Assembly (NCBI GenBank): GCA_050084515.1
Contig: CM114271.1
Location: 14,632,001-14,696,000 of the forward strand
Length of the DNA stretch: 64,000 bases
Direction of reading: 5' to 3'
Source: Blasia pusilla
Lineage: Eukaryota
Both the position numbers and the translations under genes were made by a program. Under the pieces are notes generated by a model. It was not told where the DNA came from and ran no database searches. It was given only the letters and a program-made list of their open reading frames with translations. Positions 27,307-40,130 of the stretch are shown here, piece by piece; within the stretch, counting starts at the first letter, position 1, and the number at the start of each line of letters is the position of its first letter.

Positions 27307-28424
27307 TGTCATGAATATCTAAGTTTATGGTGCTCACGCTAGTGGGGACCCAAAAAGTGAGTCATAATCATAGGTCCAAGGAGGAAAGATCTTGGTTTGA
27401 TCCACTTAAATTGGAATGTAGACTAGCTAGTTGTCAGACTAGGAACGGTGGTAGAATTGGCCATGGGACTAACGCTAGGCAAGACGAGCATGCGCGTAAT
27501 GCTTTAAGACTTGCCTTAAGTCATAAATTGGATGTATCTACTCGCGAGGGTAAGGCAACGCAAGCAAGCAGTGAGACCCTTAAGCTAAGCTCCAAGTCAA
27601 GGTTACGGAGCAAGGAACATGTGATTAGTCAAAATGGGTTAGAAATCATGAGACTAGTCGCAAAACGCAATGAGCGGAAAAATAACCATATCAAAACCAA
27701 ATGTCAGAGTCAAGATGAACCGTGCCATAAGACATATGAGATCAAGGTTCTAAGCCTTAAAATATGTTTGGAAAGTTGAGAGTTGTAGAATATGCAAGAA
27801 GACTTTGGCAAACCATCTTGGGGAAAACTAGTCGAAGGTCAGTATGCGGATCACAAACCACATTTGGATCGGGGGCCAATATCAAGGGTCCAATATGGAC
27901 AATGGGAAAGGCAGGGTTCCCATGGAGAACCCCTGAAGTGCTTATATGGGGGGACACTCTCCCTCCCTATCTATTGAAGTCCATGAACAAGGGACTAATC
28001 GTGATATGTGTTTGGCCTTCTTTCATGTTTGAGCTAAGGCATCATTTGGGACACACCTTGAGGAAATGACCAACTTGCTCTAGTATAGGAAAGAAACTTA
28101 GGGAAGAGACTTTGTAGGGAGATGGTACGCATGTGGGGAGACTCGACCTGATTAGCGATTGGCACCTTCTTGATTGACTTTGGAACACACAATCAATTAA
28201 GTCTTTGAGACTCAATCTAAGACTTCCACTTGCAAAGCTCAAGATCATGAGTGTTTTAGGATGAATCAAGAAGCATTAGAGGATGAACTCTACAACATCA
28301 ATAAAGAAACCATATTTTCTTTTCTAATATATATGTTTTAAAACTTGATGGTTGAGATACATAGATCTTTTCCTTAAGACTCTCGTTGAGAAATGCAGAC
28401 TTCACATCAAATTGGTATTAAAGC
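27307..28424 (+). mobile_element. Probable LTR followed by an iMet-type PBS; internal region lost
   Basis: Begins TGTCATG (~27307) and ends ...CACATCA, then AAT-TGGTATTAAAGC (degenerate TGGTATCAGAGC). The left boundary is tentative. Confidence 0.45.
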
Positions 28425-28429
28425 TAACA

Positions 28430-31400
28430 CTTTGTTCCCATCATAGCTAGAGCAAGTAAAATAGTTGTCATATTATAACAAAGGCCTCTACTAGAAGAAG
28501 ACTCTTTCTTTTCTCTGCACCCCCATATTCCCGCTCTTTAGGAGTGCTAACTAAAAATCCGAAAACTCTTTCTCTACCTTCATAGGACCATCTCTCAACT
28601 TCTCTCTATTCCTTTCATGACCTACAAATGCAGAAGGAATTGAAGTGATCTTGTTCCATCCTGACTTCTAATACGGGCATAATGAGACCCATCATCCATG
28701 ACTTTGGTCTCCATTCTAGATGCTGTGATGTAAGGTTGCCCAAGAATCACAGGATAAGCAGCTCCATTCTGAACAAAGAAATTTTGCTCAATCAACACGT
28801 CTCCGATACGAGTTTTGACGGATGGACAAGCACCATAGAGTTCACCTTTTTGGTTGTTAGCCGCTCGTAGTACCCATCCATGCCCTGTATCAATTGGCCA
28901 CATCCCTTTGTCGTACACACTTCGCGACATGATGTTGATCTCCGAACCATGATCAACGAGAGCCAGAACTGACTCTTGAAGAGAGCCAAGTCGAACTCTA
29001 GCCTCCGTCGTTGCACGCGCCCAATATGATCGAGAATAGTGTCCACCATTATGCCTTTCTTCACCTTGTTCTGTCAAGGCTTCTCCTACTCTCGCCTCTT
29101 TTCCCTGTAAGTCAAGCTTTTGTCCAAACACTTGGAAAAGCTCTTCATCTTCTTCTTCTGTGATGTCAGTATCCAAAGCTCTCACCATCACCATATCTGC
29201 ATTCATCTACCTCTTCCTTTTGATCACATCTATGATCAACTCATGAAAGTCACGTTTGGCTATGCCCAAGACTTCCCTCAAAGAAAACTCTATTTTCGCA
29301 TCCAAAATCCTCTCCTCAAGAATCTCCTTTAAATTCTTGCTTGTCTCGATATCATATTGCAGCTTGTATGTAGGAGTCTTACCCTTGGTCTTCTGAGGAG
29401 ACTTCAATTCGTTCTCCTTTGTCCCTGCTTCTTTGACATGAGAATCCCTCACAGATTCAGATGTGGAAGGTCCTTCTTCTCTTGATGGCTGCGCCTCCGG
29501 TTGTCCTTTTCTTCTTAAGATCCTTGCTCTTCTTGCGGCTTCCTCAGCATCAACACCATCATTGTTGCGTCTCCTCTTCTCCTCCACACTAGCATCTTGC
29601 CAACTCACATGTTTCTCTTGTTCTAGGTATGCTTTAACACACCTAGCTTCCACTAGATCATCCCATCAAGTCAGATGACGGATAGTCTCTACCCCTCATA
29701 TCATAACTTATCGAAGAAATTCTAATGATTCACTTTTAGCTACAGATACAATAGGCGCTTCTATTTTTATTGCAAAGGTATCAGAATCTAATGTCATAGT
29801 GGCAACTCCTTCTTGACTTCTCACTAAGCCTTTCATACCTCCTCTACCAAAGTTGGTATTCAACGACATACCAGTCTGCGTTGAATGAATCTTCCCATGT
29901 TTGAAGTTTACTATTCGATTTCTAAGAGCTTATGAAAATTCCTCACATTCTCGACGTTGATGCTCAACACTATCACACCATATACATCTTCTCACAAAGT
30001 TCTTAATTATTGAAGGAGCACCAACACTAGGATTCCTATCAAGTTTAAGCTCAGCCATTTCTACTCTCAACTTCTTAAACCTTTCACCAACTCATCAATG
30101 GTAGAATCTTCAAGCTTTGCTTGCATGGGCTTAGGCAATGGATTTGAAATTGGTACCTCGGACTTGAATACTGTGGTTCTACCTCTACTTCGACTTTGCT
30201 TTGTGAGGATAGCAACAACTTCTTCCACTTTCTTCCAATTAGTGCTGACACCTCCTTCTTCATTCTTGTCCGCCAACATTATGAAAAGCTTGTCCTCCAA
30301 ATTCTCATCTGCCGCCTCAAGGAATAACTCAGTTTTCCTCAAGTCTAGAGTTGCCCTTTCAAAAGGAGAAAGCTAAAAAAATGCTTCTCAAACTCACGCA
30401 ACAACTCATTTGAAGTCATTCCCTTCCCTGGACGTTGCTCTATCCATTCTAGAAAACTCCTCTTAGTCACCCGATCCACATCATCATCGAAGAATTCTCC
30501 TTTCAGCAACTGTTTGTACTCCTCCCATGAGCTTGGATTTTCTACTCTCAACTTCTTTACTTGACTACGGATCTCTGGTATTACAGCTAACTCAAAACTT
30601 GACACCATATCACCTTTGGGTACACGGTTTACCTCCATCTCACAGACGTACTCTCGAACATACTTGGTGATGTTCTTGCCATCAATTCTCCCCAACTTCT
30701 TCACAATCGCTTGGAGAGCCCTTGTTGATCTTTGCTCTCCGATGTGAACTCCTCCTTGTTGGCTCAACAATGTTGTCAAAGTTCGGAGAAGATCCTCAGC
30801 TCCCTCAGTTCCCATTGATGAAGTACTCCCAAAAGTAGTCATCTTGATAAGACTCCAACTTGCAAACACAAACTACCGCCTCAAAGAGCTCTCAATGGAA
30901 GCACCATTTGTCGTGTCGAGAGTCTTTCTTCGAGCAAGGGCGGGCCTTCTAGCTGCGGTAGATGCGGTCAATGCAAGGTGAACTCTCTAATAAGTTCTCC
31001 TTTTTCAATACAAAATTATGATGTACACTCTCCATTCTCTCACGACAGGTATCACAAATGGAAGTGCCGAGGCGATCACTTCTTTGTAACATCGGACACC
31101 AAAATTCTTAACTATAAAATCCCTATAAACTATTTTACGCTTGTACACGAGGAAGATAGCACAACTAGTGTTAAACCCTACTTGAGCAGGCCTATTGATA
31201 TCCATGGATCGCTATATAATGACATACAAAGTACAATCCCATGTCCTTCCATATGTGACAATAGGAAGAATCATCGGAGTTGGAAATTGCATGACCTGGT
31301 TCATGAACGCCTCCCCAAAGTGATAAACTAAATAGCGAGTGAACCAATGCCTCTCTACAAAGAGTATCTTAACATGGTAAGGATTGAGGAAAGGAAAGTC

Positions 31401-32156
31401 GGGCACAGCTCGTGGTGCACCCCTATCCATGTTTGACACACATTCTCTACTCTCCTCAAGAATGGGTTTTGGCGGAGTTATTCTCCCAAGAGGGGTAATC
31501 CACTCTCATTGGGGAAGTAACAAGCCAAAACATCCGCTATTTTAGAATGACTAAACTCCTCTACGGTGATAAACCTCTCATCCCCCCACACACACACCAC
31601 ACTCTAGAAATCTCTCGAAGAATAGACCATGGTCAAGTTACTCTCCCAAGAGGGGTGATCCACTCTCATTGGAAGAGCAAGCAATCCCAAAGCCATACAC
31701 TCAAGAGAGACACGAGAGACTCAAGATGTGGAATAGAAGGTGATGAACCCTTGAAGGTCCCTCCTCTTTATATACTCACAAGGGATCTACAAGAGTACGA
31801 AATAGAGCTTATCTTATCTTGTGCCACATGGCTTTCTCTCAAGGTTTAGCCAATCACACTTTGACACAAGTAGATTTCCTCTTACCTCTTCCAAAATATC
31901 CTCTTTTACCCATATGATATTTTCCAAATTACCCCAACTAACCTAGCCACCAACCAAGACTACTTTTGCTTTTCATTAAAGCAACTACTTTACTTTTATA
32001 AAGTCATCTTTTATTTATTACCTCCTTTTCCTAAAGTTGGTCCAGCATAAAAGAGGCACTATAAAGAGGTTTAAACATAAGAATCTCCTTTTTCTAAGCC
32101 AATTTACTTAATACTAATGAAACTCTATCTAACACTTAATGACGAAGGATTTTACA
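28430..32156 (-). mobile_element. 3'-truncated Ty3/Gypsy LTR retrotransposon (5' LTR, tRNA-Thr PBS, gag, aspartic protease)
   Basis: LTR ~32156-30909 (TGT...ACA, TATATAAA near 31770, internal ~38-bp duplication). PBS TGGTGCTTCCATTGAGAG at 30906-30889. Gag ORFs 30869-30345 and 30342-30067, Zn knuckle CIWCDSVEHQRREC (~29985-29945). Protease LALVDHGSEINIMS...ILGQPY (29206-28622). Confidence 0.85.
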
Positions 32157-32179
32157 CACTGGTTGATTTTACTATACGA

Positions 32180-33298
32180 CACCGCTCCAAGCTCCAACAT
32201 GCTCCAATCTGTGTGCAACTGGAAAAGACGCCCCGTGATGAGTCTCCTCAAGATGGGCGTGAACGTCAATCTGTCTTAGAACAACTGAAATGCTTGCTCT
32301 TGCTCATCTCCCCAATGCCACTCGTGATCCACCTTGGTTAGCAAGGTTAGCGGCTTTGCAATCGAATTGAATCCCTTGACGTACCGTCGATAGAAGTTTT
32401 CCAATCCCATGAATGCATTAACACGGCTCACATCTGTAGGGCATGGAATGCGTGAGATAGCCTCTACCTTCGTCTGCTGAACACCAAGGCCCCCTGGGTA
32501 TATTGTATGACCTAAGTACTCAATCTAGTCGTAGAAGAACTTGCACTGGCCTCGATGTAGCTTCAGCCCATGTAATTGCAATCGTCAAAACACCTCCTCT
32601 AGATGTCGCTCACGCTCCTCAAGTGTGGCGCTAAAGACTACGATGTCATCAATATAACACCTAGCAAAATCTAGACCAGCCAAGATCCTATCCATGACCC
32701 TCTGAAACTCAGCCGGGGCGTTCTTTAATCCAAATGGTAAGAATCACCACTCGTACAAACAATCCTTCTTGTGAGGATCGATGCCCCAAAATATCGTCTT
32801 CTGCCTGTCCTCCAATGTGATAGGCAACTGATGGTATCCGGCTCGCAAATCCAATGAACGGAAGACCTTTGCGTGACCAATCACATCAAAGATCTCCTCA
32901 AGGATGGGCATGGCATACCTATTGGACTTTATCCGCCGATTGATAGGTCGGTAATCCCCACACATCCGTCTATCCGTCCAGTTGCCATGCACATCCTTCT
33001 TGGCGGGCATGACACTAGCAGATGCAAACTCCCCATGCGACATCTCCACTAGTCTTGCTCCGACCAAGTCCTGGCTCCTACTCTGAATCAGAGCCCTCTC
33101 CATATCACTATACCTGTAGGGTGGTCGGAAGATCGGCGTATCACTCGACAACTCAATGCGGATCCCCGGTCCCTTCAGCGTACCCAAATCCTCCATGCTA
33201 AACGCAAAGTAGCTCCTATAACTCTTGAGGAATTGATGTATTCGGCGCCGCTCTCCTCCTGTCAACTCAGGCCCCATATCTGGCTCCCAAGTCTCCAT
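32180..33298 (-). pseudogene. Gypsy reverse transcriptase and start of RNase H
   Basis: RMCGDYRPIN, LDLRAGYHQL, LPFGLKNAPAEFQRVMD, CYIDDIVVFS, IEYLGH, FMGLENFYRRYV, LHTDWS; contains in-frame stops. Confidence 0.95.
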
Positions 33299-33629
33299 CG
33301 TGACTACGGTAGGACTCTCTGGCGCGGGTATTTGTGGTTGCTATGGTGCAACCCTGTCTCGAACAACAACACTCGGCCACTCTCCTATAGCCGATTGCAA
33401 ACTCTAATCTTCTCCACATGCAGCGCCCAAAACCACGCTCGATGCTGTGGCTATCATCTCCTAGCGTACCTGCAAAACATCCCAAGAAGTCCAAAGGTGT
33501 CTCTCCCGATCTCCCCCGGTGTGTAGATCTCCTCCGGTCTCGCCCCTAGCCACTGCCAACACCGTCTCGGTAGGCATGGGGCTCACCAATGCAATCGTTG
33601 TGATCTGTCGCGATCTCATACGGCGCTAC

Positions 33630-34590
33630 TCAGCCACTCCCAAGCTGAGGATCCATGTCAAGCTATTAATGTCCATCGTCTGACCCAAGACATGGTGTCA
33701 TGATGCCTCTGACACTGACGATACTGCCTTCACTCCTGTGGGAAATCCCATTGCTCGCTCTCTCTCATCGGCGTTGGGCTCCACCAACCCCTAAACCCTG
33801 GTCATCCCAAACCAAGCCAGGACCGGCCTCCTTGTATGCATAGGAAGCAAGAAAACTCACAAACGTGGGCAAGGCTACCCGCGGCCTGCCTAACCTATTG
33901 ACCACAGTCAAGGGTGGTCGATCATCGTGCCTCACTACTTGTGATTGACAACCTGGATCCAGAATGGAATCCATTAACAAATGGGAGGGGCGCCCCACTC
34001 TCGCATACGCCCTCCATAACATCGCATGGTGCACCAAGTTGGTCCACCATAGAGGCGGGCGATGGGCTCTAGAACCTACACTCGCCGCATCCAAGAACAC
34101 TGTTGGGCCAATCCAGGCACGCACCTGATGAGCACTCGTCACCACCCGTGACCTGGAGTCTCCTAAGATCGGCACATTCTCCAGAATGTAGGCAGGAGAA
34201 TGAGATTGGTGCTCCTACAAGTGCCGTAAGACCCTCAACATCTCCCAAAATAACCTAGACCGAGTGTCCGCCAACGCGCTGCCTCGTCCAACACTCGATT
34301 GGCCTTGACATGGACAACCGGAAATGACCAAATCAATGGTCCCTACCCACTCTTAGTCCTGCGCCCCCAACAACGAAATATCCCTCGGTAGGGAACTCTG
34401 GTACCCTTGTACCGTAGACAGTAAGTCGGGAAAACAAAGATGTAACTGCGCCACATGTCGTAGTGAGATGCGCCTTGCAACATCATCACTCTCCACATAC
34501 AGGTACTATTGCATCGCACTCTTGACTGCAAAACAACAGCTAACCTGGTGCTAATCCCTCCAAAGAGATCTAACACTCGAATACCCTCCT
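33630..34590 (-). pseudogene. DNMT3-like DNA (cytosine-5) methyltransferase domain within the retrotransposon polyprotein
   Basis: Motifs in canonical order: I RVLDLFGGI, II YLYVESD, III PRDI, IV IDLVISGCPCQG (catalytic Cys codon 34310-34308), V DTRSRLFWE, VI YILENV (34181-34173), VIII AHRPPLWWTNL, IX ERERAMGFP, X (R)HHVLGQTMD. Two frameshifts and four in-frame stops. Confidence 0.9.
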
Positions 34591-37500
34591 CCGGGAAACA
34601 CCACACAATGGGTGTGGTATCCAAGGGTGTCATCGTAGCACTCCCTGCTACCTCAGGCTCCTCAAACCTGTCACGCTCCGGTGCAAACGCCTCGCTCCAC
34701 GCGGTCTGCACGTGCTCATTTGCCAATCGTCGAAGCTCCTCAGTCAAGCCCCACAACGACACCTCTTCTCCACAGAATGATGCAGCTACCATAACACTCC
34801 TCTCCATTAAAATTTTAGGAACAAGAGTATCCTTTGCATGGACATATCCCTCAATCAAATCACTAGGCCAAGTGATGGCACTGTTAAATGCTGCTAAGGT
34901 CGCCACCTCTACTGGCCGTCCCTCGATCACTGCACATGTGAATCAAACAGGTAATGAGCTAACGCGCCCATCACCTGACTGCCATCCTGGTCTGTAGGAC
35001 GTTGACTCCTCCCAGTAATCCAGGGAAAACCCCATCGGGTATAATATTGTTCCACCAACCAAGACGTCGTAGGACTCTTCATCAGTCACTATCGCCTTGG
35101 CTCGCACCACGGAATTATCTGTAGGATGTCCCGGGAGAATCCTCACCATAACCTCATGGCGGGTGATATACAGTGTGATACTCGCTCCACCCAAGGATGT
35201 CTGTATCCGGAATGGACAACGCTCCACATCGGCTCTCGTCAAGCCCAATCCTCTAAATGACGCTTTTCCCAACATTAGGGGTTGCGCTCCTGAATCCAAC
35301 AAGACGCGCTGCACACTAAAAGCTCTACCTCCGTGACTAACCAATTGGAAGACCTCTCCTCGATTATCCAACAACACAATACCAGGAGAAGCCATGGCAC
35401 GCTCTATCCTGGGTCTAGCGACATCTCCGCCATCCTAGCACCCCTAATCTGCCATGAATTTGACATGGACGGCCCCAGCATCCGCTCCAAGGGCAAGTCC
35501 ATCACCTCCTGTGCAATCACCTCTCAACGTGGTGCAGGAACTCCAACTCCGCGCTCACATAGTGAAGTGGCCAGCCGAAAAGCCTCAACGGGCTTCCCCC
35601 CCAACGTCATAACATCAGAAGCAGAAAATAAAGGAGTGTGGTACACAATGGTGGCCGCCCCCAACAACGTGCTCGACACATGCCCCTCCTGAGCATCAAC
35701 AATAGGAGTCGTCATACTCGCTTCTCCCATCGCCCTTCGTGCCTGCACACCAACAACATCACCAACTCTCCAAGAACTTTGATGAGGACCCATCGATAGG
35801 GTCCTCATCGCTTTGGACAACGTGAAAGATTGAGGAAGCCTAATCTGTTTTCTGGCTTCTCCTCGATATGGATCCAACTCTGCGGTTGCTCCACGCGTCA
35901 CAACTGCGGCAGCCTCTATGTGGGAAATCCCACACATCCAACCAGGATCCTCCATATCTCTGGCTGCTCCATATGATGTCGATGCCACAGATCTGACATC
36001 GAGTAACCTCAATGCCATAGCCGCAATCTGCTCTTGTAGTTGCTGTATCTAAGCAACCATTCTAGCCTCACATCCAGTGTCTCCCTCGGCGCGTCTAGGT
36101 GGTGGTACTCTACCTCCTCCATGGGCAGCTCCACCACCCTGTCGGGCAACTCCAACTCCTCGTCCCTCAATGGGACCACCTGGTGCACGATCTCTAGCCC
36201 ACGTGGACCGGCTACTCGCTCTGTTGCCCTCTCTGGCCCTCGATCCGGATAAAACTCAAGATGTAAACTCAAACACCTGGCGCATGTATGACCATACCTC
36301 TGACAATAGTCACACTGATAACCTCTTGGTGCAGCACCATCTCCTCCTCCATGCTGAGGCACACGTCCATGACCATGACGAGTGCAATCGCGTTGATGAT
36401 GGGCTCCACCACATGACTAACAAGTGATAGTAGGCGGCTACTGTTGAGTCGCATATGAAGGCGCAGGTCTCTGTGGCACGGCCTCCCGGTATCCTCCCTC
36501 ATCTCGTGGTGCCACAGTCGACCTATCTCGGAGTTCACGTTGCTGCACAGGAGGTGCAGCCAATTGTGACTGCTCTCGCCCATAACCGATGGTGGCTACG
36601 CTCTCCTCCTCCATGTTGCGCTCAATGTTCTCAACGGTCCTAAGAACATATCTCAACATAGGGGAGGTGTTCATAAGAAGCACCCCCTCCCGCATCCGTG
36701 TCCGCAGGGTCTGGTCCAACATCGCGTACAATGACTGGATAGCGTGAGCCTCCGTCACCCCTTGAGTGATGTTGATCAACCAACACAAGCAAGTGTAAGC
36801 CTCACGTAAACTCTCACCAGGCGCCTCTGGAAGTCGTGGATGCTCCGCAACTTCTCCGTCCGTACCCTTTGGTAGTTGGCCCTCAACTCAGCGAAGAACT
36901 CAACCACGGGGTTGAACCTGGGACGAACCTCACTAGATGGTGCAACTGCTCTAGTGCGAGTGACCCCTCCAAAAACATCACAAGTGGAAGAGGAAGTAGC
37001 CTCTCTTGACTCCTCCTCCTCATCTGGGAACGGCTCCGTCCATGACACATAGTGTGGGTCATAGTAGAGTCGCCATGCCTCAATCTCGTGGGCATATATG
37101 TGGGAGAACTCATGGTAATCGTCCATGGGCGCCCCCTCTAAATTCAGGAACATACCGTTCCATGCTGTAAATGGGTTGAACTCTCTAGAGTTCTTGGCCC
37201 ACTGGAAGTCGCACCAACTCCTAAACTTTGCTATGAAATCGTGCAACTCAATCGTGCCTACTGCACCTGAAAACCTACGCGGTCCTCTACCCCGATCGTC
37301 CATCTCGTATGCCCAACTGGTAGGACCACTCACAATGTGTGGCGATGTGCTCACAAACTCCTCTACACCCTCCATCTTGTCTGACGATGATACATAAGAA
37401 GGTCGAGGTGGTCCCTTACGTGGAGACCTTCGGAACCTCGCACCACTCCGCGTAAAACCCTAAACCACCTCGCCTCTCCAAGTCCTGAACAGACCCCATG

Positions 37501-38703
37501 ATGACCCTCGTTCCCCTCTCACCCAATCACTCTCAATCTCATGAGTAATCCCTCAATCACTCATCCCAAACATGCGGCACTTGATCTACACTCTCCCTCC
37601 CTGAGACGTGTAACGTGCGGCAACATGCCGCGTGGTGCGGCAAATCGATCAGACTATCATCTCATCGACAACCTACCCTCAACTCCGGACATCCCACACA
37701 GGTATATGTCCCTTAAACCACATACATGAATGATGCTCTCAGCATCCACACAACCCAATATCCCCAAATAAATTATCCAAATCCGAGAATTCCTCACACA
37801 TGTAGGGTAAAAGACCAGAATGGGTAACCTGAACACATGTCGATGTCGAACCTCAGCAACTGCAAATCTTGACCCCAACTCAGTCTTGAAGACAACTCCT
37901 CCAATTAGCAAGTTGTACTCCTCTCGTACTAACGCTCAACCTCCTCGATTTGCGGTGCAAGTCGAGCGGTCCGGTGCGACACTGGCGGCACGAAATGGCT
38001 ACAAACAGCACGACACTCAGGAATGGGATGCGGCACTTGGCGGCATACCCTCCTCAATCAGAAATTCACACACTTTGCTCCTTAGTGAAGGAGCGGTTCC
38101 ATGATTGAGACGGTGTGATGCGACCATGAGCGGCACGACGCAGCAATCGGCGGTGCGTTGCGGTTACGGGCGTCACGGCACGGTACTTGATCGTCGTCGA
38201 GCGGTTACTAATCACAACATAGCAGCATGAAATCAAAACTCAAATACCATAACCGGAGGTCATCTGCCATCAAAGGTTGATGACGGAACTGCGATGACGG
38301 TGGCGACCAAAACAAAGTACGTGGTGGCAACGGAAGTCAGAGAATCAACGAACGTCGTGGAAGACCCTCCACTCTATAATGGCGGAAATGGCAACCAAAG
38401 GGTGGACCATGGACGGTTTATTGATGATGTTGATGACCAACCGATGACAGTGACGGTGAAGATTGATTGTTGATGGTGACTATGATGGCGACGGACGCCA
38501 TCGGCGTGGCGGCTGGTTTAGGGTTTGAACAATTTAACCCTACAAAATTGCCTAGTAATGGAAGTTTTGCAAGATTGACCATAACTTTTTGCTTGCAACT
38601 CCAAATTGCACATTATTTGTATCACAATGTGCATAGCTTCACGATCTACAACAGTGTCAAAAAATATTTTTAAAAAAAAATTCGAGTAAAAATTGATGGG
38701 GAT

Positions 38704-39579
38704 TGTTGTAAAGCCCAATGTCTCTTTCTCCTACACAAAATTTGGCAGCGCTTCCGTGCTGATTTTTCCCAACGAAAATATAAAACCTGTAAAAATACAA
38801 ATCAGCAAGCTACATGGTGCTCTTGAGAGCATCCGCATGGGGCAACCTACCCCCATACTCAATCCCTATAAAAAATTGTGGAGCGCTTCCTCGCGCCACT
38901 CTTCCACATGAACAATTGGCAAATGCAAAGAACAATCAAAGCATCCCTTGCTCCGGTGATCACTCTCATTAGCCGCTGAATGGGGAACACAGTCGTCAAC
39001 CTGCAAAAACAGCAAATGACCACCGAGCTCCCCCATGAAGCTCTCTCACTCTCTCATTCTCTCTTTGTAAAGTAAGATCCAATCTCTCTCTACACCATCT
39101 CACACCATAGCTCTCAAAGGTGTGCACTCTCTCTCATGTCAAACCAAACCCACTCTCCTAATGAGAGGCTTGGGTTACACTCACATGGCAAGGGACCATA
39201 GTTAGGCCGTCTTATGCCAAGAGGTTCAACAAAGAGAGAATGAGCTCTCAAGCTCTCTCTCTTGGAGGTATACTCCCTTCCCTCTCCCAAGCCCTCTCAA
39301 CGGTAACCTATGCTCGCAGGTCATCTCCTTGGATCTTGACCTTCTATAGCGGGTCAAGGGCCAATTCCCAAAGTTGAAATTCAACTCTCCCTAATATGGG
39401 AACTTACCCGAAATAGTAAGTTTCTCTATATGGCTTCAAATGAGCCGAAATGAAGGGGAAACCTGCTCTCTCAGGTTGTGCGAAGCCTCAACAGGTCATT
39501 CTCAACCTCTTGGGCGTGTCCTCCAATACTCGTGCAGACACTCTGCTAGATCCTACCGATCTATCCTAACACTCGTGAT
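38704..39579 (-). repeat. LTR-like repeat of the DNMT-Gypsy family (copy 1)
   Basis: Colinear with the reverse complement of 59121-59997 over its length, and with 49048-49562 over ~510 bp. Confidence 0.85.
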
Positions 39580-40130
39580 CTACCACGTCGACGACAATAG
39601 TGTGTTAACGGGTTGTTTGGGTGTAACTTCGCCTTGAGGTGCCGGATGAGGTCGACAACATATCTGTTGTGTCGGGAATGTTGTGTATGGTTATTTCCAT
39701 ATTTTGCTCTTTGATAGTCAAGTGACTTATTGAATGGGCCAAGGCTCACTCGATAACTTGTGCATGCATGTTACTATTGGAGAGGATATTTCTGTGGGAA
39801 GAACCTTTGGCTCTTCCCAAGGCTATAAGAGATGGAGAGATGGCTTTCCCAAGCCATTTGTCTCATGTTGGGCCTCAAGAGCACCTCTCTGGAATGTGTG
39901 TGTATAGGAACTAGGTTGCTAGCATCAAAATTCCCTCATAGCGGAGGGTGGATGTGGCTCAATATTCCAATGTAGATTCAAGAGTGGATTTTTTTGGCCG
40001 TGGGAGCCGTTTTTACTTATATTTTTTTTCTGTGGTTTCGATGTACATGTATGAGTATATTTTGTTTATGAGTGGATCGACCCGTGTGTTGGGAAGATCG
40101 GTGTCGTGTGGTGTGTAGATATGACCATAG
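39580..40130 (+). mobile_element. Possible solo LTR of another family (related to ~55430-56158)
   Basis: Shares gagggtggat(g/t)tggctca and a TG-rich 3' tail with 55430-56158, which ends CGTGACA. TATA-like ggctataag at ~39822. Boundaries approximate. Confidence 0.35.

Larger units (their letters stand above)
32160..39579 (-). mobile_element. Ty3/Gypsy LTR retrotransposon carrying a C5 DNA methyltransferase (LTR-gag-PR-DNMT-RT-RH, truncated)
   Basis: LTR-like repeat 39579-38704. Gag 37375-36438 and Zn knuckle CDYCQRYGHTCARC (~36310). Protease VLLDSGAQPL...VLVG (35395-34943), DNMT (34590-33630), RT (33298-32330) and RNase H start FQLHTDWS (~32225-32200). Cut at ~32160 by the neighbouring Gypsy LTR. 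Confidence 0.92.

Noticed and set aside
33630-34590. Bacterial restriction-modification methylase (contamination) or a host DRM/DNMT3 gene
   Set aside because: The domain has no introns, is colinear with Gypsy PR and RT, and is decayed like them. It is embedded among spliced plant genes and has no cognate nuclease. The motif order is not permuted as in DRM.
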